Source: Catajapyx aquilonaris (Eukaryota). From it: a DNA stretch of 64,000 bases. A model generated the notes under the pieces. The model did not search any database, was not told where the DNA came from, and saw only the letters and a list, made by a program, of their open reading frames with translations. The stretch spans positions 1 to 64,000 of the forward strand of contig KZ538142.1 of assembly GCA_000934665.2 (NCBI GenBank), given 5' to 3'. Below are positions 9,801 through 22,500 of this stretch, in pieces. Position 1 is the first letter of the stretch. Each line of letters begins with the position of its first letter. The position numbers and the translations under genes were made by a program.

Positions 9801-12800
9801 TTTGCAAACCAAAAAGTGATGCAATGCTTCTTTCTCCTTGCCTTTTCCAGCAGCTTCGTGCTAGCGAGGTCCTTGCAATGTGTGCGATTCAGGCAGGATT
9901 AAGTGGAAGCCATGCACAATTCATGCAATAAAAAAGTACAAAATAGAGGTCGGTCATACACTCAGCACATACAGATTGCTTCATAATGTATCAGACAAAT
10001 GGTAAGCTCACAGAGTCTTGTGCATACTTGGTAATTACCTAGATCTCTAGTTGGAATTAAACCATAAAGTGAAAGAATACAGTCTACAACACTTCCATCG
10101 TCTTAGACTGCCTGCTGCACCTCATTTATTTTATTTCAAATGAAAAAAAAACGCTGAAGAGATGCATATTTGCCAGAATATGTATTAATTCAACATACCC
10201 AATATTTTCCAGGATATTTGAAATTTTTTGACTATTACTTTAAATGTTCTAAAAATTTCAAGGGATATTTACGAGCCCATTATCTCATTACCGGATTCTC
10301 CGGTGCGGAGTTCACCTCTGAAGTTTGTCTGATTAACTATGAAACTTCGTGCGTTTTGCATGAGTGTCGGATGGGCGTAAAAGACCGATCCATTAATTAA
10401 TTGCAGGTGAATATATTATATATTTTTTTCATTTCAAAGTTTGGCAACCAATCTAGTGCTGTGATTTTGCGGAACCAGAAGGTGTACCTCCTCCTCCTCT
10501 TTTTATCCCCCATTTTTTGTGGTGTGCACAGAAGTGAAGTGTGTGTTGCAAACGATACGCGCAAACCGTGTTAAGTGAGAAAGTGAGCTCCATTACAAAA
10601 GAGGGAAACAAGATGTGTGGGTGTAAAATTCGTTCATTTTTAAAAAAGACATTTCTTGTGCCGGAAAAAAAGTGAGTGAAGGTTTTATAAAAATGAAATG
10701 CCTTGAGGCAAAAAGGACACCCATTTACCCGTACTCCACAGGGTGACGACCAATCAACAGTTCTGTGGCACTCTCTGAGGCATGGTTGTCAGCACGAATC
10801 GCGTCACCTCCATGTGTTCTCAAGTAATACCTGGTACCGGCAACGAAAGAAAAAAAACCAACATTCACCTTTTTGGGAGCTAAACTTCTGTATTATAAAA
10901 GAAGGTGTTTCTAACTAGTTCTACATGTCAAAAAAATAATGTTTAAGACTACATCAGCACTCTAGTAATGCTGATTTTTCTTCCTTACTTTCACCTGTCA
11001 TGATTGATGATTATTCGACAAGTTTTGTGTATCAAAAGAGAGAGAGGAGGTCATCGCCTGCCCTTTGGAGACAACGTAGAATTTACCCAACATTTCCCCT
11101 TGACATCAGCGGGTTCAGCTTATCAAAAATGCAGCCTCCCCTCTGTAAAATTTTCTCACACATCTGATGATCATACAATCAAACCCAACGCAATGTGTAA
11201 TCTACCACTACAATCAAGGGTGTGAAAGTCCAACCCTCATGCCAAGCATTGTCGACTCCTAACTCACAAAAAAATGTCTTCAAAACAAGAGGGTGGGTTT
11301 GTCACTACTTTTTTCAGTTTTTATTTTTAAAAATTGAGGGTGGAGAGAGTTTTTTTTAAAATTGAAAAGCGAGATGCAGGGAGATACGAACTCAGCTTAT
11401 TTTTTTTCTATGATATAGGTGACCCCCAGGACAATAGTAAGGCAGAAAGAAGGTTTTGTTACTCACCCATATAACCTACTGTCTTCTGCATTTCCTCTAT
11501 GGTTCATATGAAAGGACAAGGAGATGAGGCACATGTTTGTAGAATTTCTCATCCGTTTTTTTTTTTTTGGTTGCAAGTCTTGCAACTTGGTAAGGCTTTC
11601 TTACTCTTTATACGAGGTGGTCCAACAAGAATAAGCGTTAATTATAAAAATTAAGGTTATTTAACGGTTTTGCATTAAACAGATTGTTACATGTAGCTGT
11701 TGTAAGTTCAACTGCTGCTAGTAACCCAATATATTCTGCTTCCTAAAAAACTGCTAAATATGCAGAATTTTTATAAGCTTTTCTTTTTGGAATACCATGC
11801 AAATTTTTTTTAGCGATATATTTTTGTGCACTGAATTTTGTAAATAGTTAATTTATCATCGTATTTCGGTTCCGGATAATGAAAACAGGCAGAGTTAATT
11901 AACCAAAATAATGAATAATTAAATACTTCAAAGAGCACACAACGAGCCAATAACATTGCTGTACCAATATTTGCAATAAAAAAACATTTTACGAGTAAAA
12001 ATGCCATGCCATGCGGTCCATTAAAGCACAGAACGATATTGGGTAAAGCTGACTAAATTTTTTGGGCACTCATTTTCTGTAACATTTACAGCCAATTACA
12101 TGCTTATACACATCGGCCTGGAGCAAAAAGGTGTGACAATATTTATTTAAATTTTTTTAAAAAAAAGATTACCCAAATTGATGTTTATGAATTAATTTGG
12201 GGTTACAGTACCTTTCACTCCTTTCCCTAAACAGAGCCGCAATTTCTTCGAAGGTTTTGTTTTTCGTTTCTGGAACTTTCTTGTAGGTGAACACCCAGAA
12301 CACAGCCAAAAAGAAACTAAATGGAAGAAAGGTGTAGTTGTCCAGAGGTCCCTGCGGCATCAAGAGAAGAAAAAAAATATTTGTCAATCGATGTTACACG
12401 TGCACACTTTTTTGGATATATATTTTTTGCATTACCATCCCCCCCCTCCCCTCCCCATCCCCAGGACACAATTTCAAAATCGGGACCCCATGAATTTTAA
12501 TACGTGCCACGAATCGTTTCCAAATGGCGCCACTCACGAGAGAGAAAAATTGCCAATACATGACGGGATGGGAAAATGGAAGTGGAAGCATCGACTCAGG
12601 GCCTAAGGGTTAATGCAACGTCAACATTATTTCTCTCTGCTTCTTCTTTTTTTAAACCGTCGAGCAAATACAGACACCCAATTTCGGGTGAGTGTCCAGT
12701 CTTAAGTATTGTTGTTCATTACAAAATGCACTTACGTTTATTTGGTGCTGATCATGGTCAATTTTGGATGTATCTCCATAATATTAAGCAGAAAGTTTGT

Positions 12801-13469
12801 CTGTATGGCCGGGACACCTAACCCACTTTCGGACTATTGAGAGCCCTGAAACTTCACACACCAATGTCGTATAAATATCTTTCATTTATCAATCCCCGTG
12901 CGAAGAACGGGTCCCCTGCTAGTCTTTCATAATTTTTTGTCCAGTGTTGGAGATACTGACCCTCATAATAGGGAAACCAAGTCCCACGAGGAAGTTGGCC
13001 ATCCAGTTGATGAGGACAGCTATGGACATGGCAGCAGGACGCGGCCCTTGAGAGAACAGCTCGGCCGTGATCATCCAAGGAATGGAGCCGGGTCCCAGGG
13101 CAAAGAAGGTCACAAAGCACAACGTGGAGGCCACGGCCAGGTAGGTCATCCAGCCGATCATCTCCTGGAACAGGGAGAAAAATTCCTGAGAGAAGCGGGT
13201 AGTCTCAGGTTCTTTCTCGACGCCTCTTTTTGCAGAGAAGAGGGAACCGGATACGCCTTAGTTGGTCATGCCTTTTTTTTGAAGTGTTTACGAGGTTTGG
13301 CGGTTGCAAAAGCATGCTTTAAAGGGTTCCCTCTTCGCTTTGAGGCCGAGAAAGAATTTTTTGAGGAACAGAAAAAAGGCAGGCAAAAAAAGAAGCAAAT
13401 AAAAAGGAAATATGATGCATGCACTCTATACTCTTTGGAGGTATGGTTAACCCACTGTCAGCCTTTTGC

Positions 13470-13558
<89 letters not shown>

Positions 13559-16500
13559 CCTACAGTATAATATGTTGTGAGGTCGCAAAAAATTCGCAAC
13601 AAGGAAAGTGGCAAGAATGCTACTAATCTCTGTAAAAGGCAAAGATCGCTTGTTTGCTTGTTTGTCTGTCCAGGTTTGGTTTCGTGTTTCAATGTGCTTT
13701 GTGCAGCTTTAAATCTGTAATTACGGTGCTTGTTATAAGCGTAATTTGCGAGCATTAATAAAATGTAATTTCTGACGGTACAATAATTAGAAGACAAAAA
13801 TTCATGTGCTGTATTTTTAATGATGTTTGTTCCGAATAATACTGTATATTATGAGCCAAGTTTTGAGCCCTGCAGGTTGTGTAACACTATAAACAGTCGG
13901 CTAATGAAGCGGCGCGTGACGCCTTGATTCTCCTGGCCACAGTGGGTTAACGTCTACTGAGGCAGATAAACAGGTCTATTCTTGGCATTGTGCTTTCCTG
14001 TTGCTTCAGGATTTATCAAGACGCCAAGTTTCTCCCATTGCTGCTGGCGGAGGAAGGAAGAGATCACTCTCTCTCTCTCTAAACCCTCCCCACCATTCAG
14101 AAAATGGGTTTTCCATATTATCCATTGGGGGGTAAGTAAGGTAAGGGGGATCCGGTGCAGAGCTCCAAGGGACTAGCATCGTTTTGAGGTATTTGTGCTG
14201 CTGGATTGGGAAACAAGTCGCCTCAAGGTGTATCTGTTTTGAAAGCAAGGTATATAATAGTCTGAGGGAAAGCCAAGGCAGGCAGCCAGGCAGCAAACTG
14301 CTAAATCAGGCTCATTGTCTAGCTTCCAGAGAGCCTGGAGTCTCGCTTTTGGCAAATCAACTTTTCCCTTCTAAATCAAACAGCAACAGAAACTAGAAAT
14401 GATGCTCGAGCAAGGTTGAAAACGACGTGCGACAATGGCTCCTGGAATTAATTTGGTCTAATACTGGCGAATATTCGGAGCACATTTTTGCTGAAACCAA
14501 TTTGCAAATTTGTATACAGTTATTAGAATGAGCGCAGATGTGACTTTCCAAAGAGCTGTCAAACTGGACTTGACGCACCTTGACCAACATGGAGATGGTG
14601 ATGAATATGGAGAAGATGAACATGCCGCCGAGGCCGTAGAGGTGTAAGGTCCTTCGTCCAGCGCGGTCCATGAGCGGGATGGAGATGATGGTCATGGCCA
14701 CCATGATGGCTCCTATGCCTATGGTGGCGAACTTGGCGCTCTGGTCGGGCAGACCAGCGCTCATGAACAGTGTGGTGGAGTAATACAGCACCTGGGGAGG
14801 AGAAGAGGGGTTGGAAAAGCAAATTTCATTCCCCGTCGGCCTCATAAATACACATTAGAGTAACAAGGGTACTTTTTGGGCCACCCCACCCCACCCCCTT
14901 TTCCGCAGACTGGAAATGAAGTGGAGGGGGCCTGAGTCACATGAATAATTGTACCTCCCACCCACCCCGCAGAGGAGGGCCAGGCTAGGCAGCAGCAGTG
15001 AACTCACAGCATTGATCCCTGATAACTGTTGCGAGAGCTGCATGACGACGCCGATGACGAGCGGAGTGCGCAGAGTGCGGCATCGGATCAGCTCCAGCAT
15101 GGAGACGGCCGCCTCGTCTGCCTGCGCCCTCTCCTCGGCCCTCATCTCCTCTATGTCCTCCTCTACTTGGTTCGACGCCCGTAACCTCCGCAAAGCTGAA
15201 ACACAAAAAGAATTAGGTAAAGCCCGCTCTGTACACAACAACTGCTGTCCCAATGAGAAGCGCCCTATCTCCAACAGGGCGTTTCTCCTTGGGACAATTC
15301 GCGTGGCTCACCTCTCCTGGCTTCTTCCTCCCACTGCTTGGTCATGAGGAGATACCTGGGCGACTCGGGACAGGCCGGAAGCAAAACCAATTGCAGGATG
15401 GCTGGACAAACGGCTAAACCTGCGGAGAGAGCAATGGGCAGTGGGTCACACCCGGTTGGCCCGCAATCAATGTTTGGCTGGAAAATAAAGTGGCGGGTCC
15501 AGCTTGTTCTTTCCTACCCAGGAGGACAGGCCATCCGTCGTCGGTGCCCAAGAGCTGCTCGATCCCCAGGACTTGCGATACCAGCAGACCCACCGTCACC
15601 GCCAGCTGGTTCACAGTCCCTAGGCCTCCCCTCAGGTTCAGCGGAGCTATCTCGGACACATACATCGGAACTAACGACGTGTTCAGACCTGTAGGAAAAA
15701 AAAAAATAGCGATTTATTTACTCGCAACTTTAATCGACACTGCTATTCTACGACTAACAGTGATCACTACGACTGGAGTAGTAGCACTGAGCAGTGTTAG
15801 GGACTACTAGTCACTGTTACTATTTGTGGCAGTGATTAGTCGCTGTTAGCCGGCTAACACTGATCACTGCTACTATTAGTAGCAGCGACCAGTGTTAGTA
15901 GCTACTGATCGCATAGCCGTGACCAGTTAGTTGTGTTAGTAACTGCTAGAGCTAGGTGATCACTACTACTGAGAGTCGCAGTGAGTAGTGTTCTCTGAGT
16001 GTACGCGTGGGTTTTCTCGGGTTTCGTCAACGCCATTATCCTGAGACTGCAACCTCGCAAGTTTAGGCTCCTTCCTCTGCACCCTTTTGAGAGGGTGGGG
16101 GTAGAAGTGAGGGGGGGGGGGCTAATGAGCATCAGCCGCCCCCCCTCCCCCTCTTGCTATCCTCATCATCCATTCTGTTTGCTTCTATTCCTCTCAGGAA
16201 ATGACAGGCCTTTGCTCCATGCTCCACGGATCAAAAGCTTAAAAGGAGGAACTTTCCACCCTCCTCCTCCCCCTCCTCTCTCTTCCTCCTCCACTCTCTC
16301 CTTTTCCATTCCGCCACAACCCTTCCTCCTTCCAACTCCGCCCCCCCCTCCCAAAATAAGGATTACTCCGCGAATTGGCAGCAGCATTTTGCTCTGCGTC
16401 TTGTCCGCAATTAGTATTAATTCCTTTGGTAGATAGGGCTTATCCATCCGGAACAACTTGTCAGTGGGCACAACCGAAAGAGACGAGGAAAAAAAAAAAA

Positions 16501-19500
16501 ATGTCGAGCGGAATTAACTTTTTAATCAATGCTAGTTTCTTTCTTGTGCAAGTAGTTGGAGGGAAAAAAATCTATTAATATTTTGAGTGGAATAGTTTTC
16601 TTTGAAGAATCTGCTTTTAATCTGGCCACGTCACCTTTCTTTTAGCTCACTCAGCACAGGTATTCCGAGAGCGGTGTACAAACTTGCGGGGGGGTGTTGG
16701 AGAAAGGATTGAAACGTTGTGAGGCTAATGCTTCCTAGGATTACAGTGTTCGCTAGTAAATAATCCAGCTGGGCAGAAACAGTGTCATCGCCCTTTCTAT
16801 CCCCTCCCACCCACCCAGAAACTCACCGCAGTTCACTCCTATAATGAACCGTCCCAAGATGAGCATCTCGTACGATTTGGACATCTTGGTAAAGCCCATG
16901 AGGCAAGCCCCGCTGATTCCCAGCACGTTGTTGAGTAGTAGGCCTCCTTTCCTGCAAATGGAGATAACCTCGGGGTTAACACAGGGGGTTGTAATGACGG
17001 AGGCGACTCAGAGGATCACTTTGAGTACAGGTGTCAGTTGGTGTCGGAAGTTACCAAGATAGTGGAGCTTCAAACACTAGTGAAAAATATCCTGTAACCT
17101 AACCTATAACCTAACCTAACAGTTAGGTTAGGGTTTGCATAGGTTAGGACCTAATCTAACCTAACCCAGTCAACCAGACAAGACCTAACCTTAATCTAAC
17201 TTTACAAACACACATTTATACGCAGCAAGCGATGTCTAATGCCAATTATTTCGGTTACGATGCTTCAGACACTTAAACGACCAGGACAAGTTTGTATAAA
17301 TAATTATGACACCCTGTGTAGTACAGTAGGCTCCGTCCTGTCCCTGCTTGCTGCTTAGCCTCCCTTTCCTCCGCACAGCCATCCAAATGGCAGCCATATC
17401 GATTCTCAACACTCTCGGCAGCTCTAATGGCACAATTCAACCCCCCCCTTTCCACCCAACCTCCCCTTTAGCTGCACCAGGCCGTGGCATAAACATGACG
17501 GAAGGTGTCCTTTGCAGAGACGGACACCGCCGACTTAATGTGGGCCCTTGCCTGCTGGTCCCATGTTTGCACCGAGTTGTCATCACGTCACCGCCCTTAC
17601 TAAACATGTTGTTGGGCTTGCCGACCAGAAGGATATGTCAAGTTGCGAAAAATGTTGGGAACCAAGGCTATGTGTAATAACGTATTATTAGTATTAAATC
17701 ACGCCACTACCACGCAGTAATTTATTTCAGATATTTCCAGCTTTCTCTTTTTTTTCTCCAAGTCCTTAAGGGGCAACACTTGTATCCTGACAACAATCTT
17801 GAAGCTATGAATTATGATCGGGCCAATACTATCGTTTGTCATCGGCAGGATACTGAACGTGTCCGAACCACTTTGCCTCGACCTATAGCTACCGGCACAC
17901 AAATATTGATTCGGTTGCCCCTCTCAAAAAATTTCTGTCGTAAATCTACGGGTTGATCCTGCCCAACTTTTTTTCTTTATTTGTAAAAGAAAAAAAGTCT
18001 GCCACAAACATTAGGCTCGGAAAACCCGCGAATCTAACGTGGAAGGAACAAGACTGAATCCATTAAAACCCTTGGCCCCGTTTTTGGCCCTGGTCTCCAC
18101 CCCTCTCTGATTTGTGGGTCCTCTTGTTAAGGAACCGGACTCCCGGAGAAATAAATCTTATCTTTTTCCAACCCCCGGAGTTTTAAGGGTGACCGCTGTC
18201 CCGATGGTTAAAATCAGTTTGGCAAGGCTTTTCTGACCCTTCCTTCAACCTTACTGGTCTCACTTGGGTAAACCATTTCTCTCAGCTGAACCAAGGCGAT
18301 GGAAGTGTCGTATGCTGTATCCGGCCACTACTAATTATCAGAGAAACCAGTATGGCATCAGGAATTCAGGTCCGAATAAATTTTGAAGCACTGCACACTA
18401 CTTGCCTTTTGAGCAGCAGAGTCCTTATGTATTTTGCAACAAATGGCTACATTTTAGATGGGGTTTCGCACTGGGTACAGTGGTTGGCCCAACACCGCCA
18501 CTGTGGCTTTTCTCCCTAAATTTTGGATCCCCCATCCCTCTCCCAGCATTTATGCTAATTGTCAAAACCCTGCTAGTGTCCGCCAATAATCAGTGCAAGA
18601 GGGTCGAACCATTTCGAGGGTTTTAGGAGCCGGAGGAACTCCTTGGGGGGGTTTGCCCCCTCCAAAAAAATAAAAATAAAAGGAATGTGGTGGCAGAAAC
18701 GTGATGTAGTAAAACAAGAGGAGGGCCACGCACCCCTGGCTCGTTACGTCACGCTTAAGTCTCATGTCACGAGCCGGGGCACAAGTTGAAGGGAAAAGGA
18801 GTCATAGGCGGGGATTATCCTTCCGCAAAACGGCTGGCACAATCCCGCGCTCAGAAATTTCGCAAAAGAAAAAGAAAAAACATTTTCCACCCCTTTGCAG
18901 AACTTCCGGTGATATCTTTCCGCTCAGACTCTGTTTGCAGACGTAAAGTGGGCTTGGCTCCAAAAGTAACGGGGGGGGGGGGGGGGTGNTGGGTGCTGTT
19001 CTTTGTTGTAATAGGTCGGATTATGGAATCAACCCTGCGGCGGGGAGAGTGTTGAGATGATAATAACAACTTGGGAGGGGGATTGCGAGGTCATACTCGG
19101 TTTTTTGGGGGTAAACTTGGTGAACACTCACCGTCCGAAGCGATTGGCCACCAAGGCTCCACTGAAGCCGCCCAGCATTCCTCCAATGGCGAAGATGGAC
19201 ACGGCGATGGAGAACAAGAACTTTACCTGTTCTTCATCAATCTCTTCCTCGTAGCGACTGAGGTACACCTCCTTCAGAAATTTCTCGATGTTCTGTTGCG
19301 AGAGACAGAAAATTTATGTAATATTGTTTCATCAATTTGATTTGAGTATCGTCGATGAGTGACTAACCATTTCCAGGCAACTTACCAGTTCAGGAGCATT
19401 TATTACCCCAGTGTTGTAACCAAACTGAAGCATCCCGAGCACAGCAGCAAAGATGGCGTACGAGAGGAAGCAGGTCAGACCCTAGAAGGAGAAAACGACC

Positions 19501-22500
19501 ATAGAAATCATAGTTTCAAAATCTGCACCATTTTCTGCCTTGTCCATTACAGGTCCTTTAAATACATGTCAAAAAAAAGGTCAAACGCGGTGCTGCTCAA
19601 CTATCTTTTTCTAAATGCTGATGGTTGCATATTATGGAACACTTTTCTTTGACATGTATCCCTGCTTGTGGTTTAGAGTGAGCCGATACACACCCCCAAA
19701 TTTTGTGTCAGATGCAACAATTAAACACGGTACAACAGAGAGTGGGTGCTTTGACACTGCTACAGTGTGTTTAACCTCCAAGCATGAGTTAGTGACGGCC
19801 ATTTTACGACCTACAAAAGACGAGTGAGAGAAGTGACACATCGAACAGAAAGAAATAAAAATGAAGAAAATTTTTAAAAAATAGTGCGACGGTGAGTGAA
19901 AGGTTTTTTCTCTTCTCCGCATAATTATTTTGATGACTTTTTGTCGTTCGTTGTCTACAAAAAGGAAAATGCTTGACACAACAAATTGGACCAACACGCG
20001 TGGTTTTTCCAACCATCTCTTTGTTGCTGAACCAGAGTCTGCTGTGCACAGGTCTTGCTGAGGGAAGGAATGTTGGGGATGGGGCTCAATTTCCTATGTC
20101 TGGAAGTTTTGGGGTTCTGAGGAAAAGGGAAGGAGGGGCCCGTCCTTGCAGAACTTGCACAGTTGTTGGGTCGGATTTCTTCTCAGGGGGAGCCCCCCAA
20201 TAGTTAGTTAGGATGTTGGAAAACTCAATCAATTGCCATTCAAGAGTAGTAGGCTAGGAACTATATCCACTTGAGAAGCCTCAACGCGTCCATTCCTCTC
20301 CCCCCCCCCCCTTCTCGAGATTATTACCTCACACATCTCAAATTCCATCAGAATGTGACCCTTTCTGAGAAGCCTCTGAGTTGGATCAGTTTGTTACGCA
20401 TTGAGAAGTTGGAAAGACGGGAGGAGGTGATGGCGGTGGTGAAAAAAAAAGATTCGGCTTTTTTGTGTGCGAATATTGCATCTCCTCAACACCAACTTTG
20501 GAGTTGAGAAAGGAGGCTGTGAGGCGCTATTATTCGGACGGCTTTTCATTGTACATCAGACGTACGCCTCCTAGGTTTCGACCGAATATCATTCGCCATT
20601 ATGAACTGGCAGGATTCAAATTTGGCAGAAATTGTATGACGGTGCCCTATGCGTCCAATATTACGTAGAATTGACTAGGCGAGACCATGTTTGTCCATGA
20701 TGACCCATCACCAACGTCCATGCAGTACTACCTTCCAACTGAGAGTGGCAGTAGTGTGCAGAGAGGGAGCCTGTGCGCCACCTGGTAGTGGGGGAGAGGG
20801 CCAGGCAGTGTTGCCAAGTGTTGGCAACTTTTGTTTAACATTACAAAATATAAAATATATAACGGTATTATTCCATTGTCGTTCGGGTTTCTGCCAACAA
20901 GCCAGCCCTTTTCAGCCTGGATTATACGTCATGTTGTTCGTGGAGTGTGAGCATAGGTGTCTGTACAGTGTCCTGCTGTATAGTGTAATGAGATCCATCA
21001 AAGGACCAGGCTGCGAGGCTGCACGGATGCGATGGAAGCGTAATTGACATTCTTTGGCGACGCCTCACCCGATTCCTCTCTCTCTCTCCCTCTCTCTGGC
21101 CTCGGACTTTATGAAATTGAGGATCAAGTTCGGATTGCTCTGTCCCCCAGACTTCTTTTCACTTTGGCCTCCTCTGTCCCCACACCTAAACACCATCGCA
21201 AACGTGACAAAGTGACTCGCATGAAAAAAAAGACGAAAATTGCAGACGGAGGATCAAATATCGTTTTGTCATTTCAGGACAACTATGCGGGGGTTTCAGA
21301 AACAAAGGGGCGTGTGAATCACCCTGTGTCCTTCATTCATGTGTCGTGTTGGTGAAGGCAAGCTAGTTCTTGCCAGAAATTACAGCGTTTGCTCTGCACA
21401 ACGATGGCTTTCAGTGCTCACTCATTACCATGGTTAACGATCCCTTCTGTCCACTTGGCATGACAGGAAAATATTGTCCTATGAAAACGACAAGGGTCCG
21501 CCCCTCTGCACACAAGACATTTTTGAGGGGGCTACACCACACACACTTTCTTGCACTACAGCACAATTATTCTCTTCAGGATAACTCACACCATTTTATA
21601 CCTGGCGAGACCACCCAATATCTTCAGGGCAGTGGGTAAAATTCTTGGCACACGTCTCCCTGAGCAGCCAGCATTGATCTGGCTGGCTGGCAACCCCCAC
21701 CTCTGGGGTCTAGGTGTTTGTAAAGCATGCTCTTCCAGCAGGCCTCCACCACACACACCCAAAACCCGTCGAGCAGAGCAACCCTCCCACCCTCAAACAA
21801 GCAATGCACTCCAGGGAATTGGTTTTGTCAGACGCCCGCCTTGCATGTACCTACAGCACCACCAATCAAATTCGCTCGATTAGTGGTTAATTGGTCAGCT
21901 GGAGCGAGAGAGAGGAGACCAGGAGACAAACAGCTGCTGGCGTGTTCACTTTCTCACCACCAACTGGGCTGGCATCCTCTCAAACCATCGCAGGTTTGTT
22001 TGGAAGCATTCAGACCACGTTCGACCCTTGTTTTAAACAGCTATTTACGACGGTCTTGAAGCATAACCAATTGAAAAAAAAACTATGCCGCTCCAAAAAA
22101 AAAAAGTAGGGTCGATTTTACGAGGCGGCTCTCGGGAGGTGTTGAGTGCCAGAAATAAATGAGGGCCCAAGTTTGCCAAGTAACACCTCACAGAAGAGGC
22201 CAGTAAAAATTGCGAACTTTTTTCCCACCACAAAAATGAAAGCAACACCACTCTGTATTAACTGTTAGATCAAACTGGCCTCAAGCAACATGAGACTGCT
22301 TGTTTCACTTTAAACCAATCAACATCCATCCAAATTATCCTTTATCGGTCCGCTAATGAAAGCAACTCTAAAAGCGACGGCTCGCTATCCCCGCTCACTC
22401 ATAATTTGCGCGCTTGACATACGATGCTCGCAGTTAATTCTGATAATTGAGGAGGAATGACAGTGTACAGGTTACTAATAGAGCTATCTTTTGAGGAGGG

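Noticed and set aside
12898..13626. 242-aa plus-strand ORF
   Set aside because: Antisense shadow of a Glut1 exon running through a (TA)n microsatellite (YIYIYI).
17095..17200. Inverted TTAGG-like repeats as a telomere fusion site
   Set aside because: Short and degenerate; AACCT tracts are common inside arthropod interspersed repeats.
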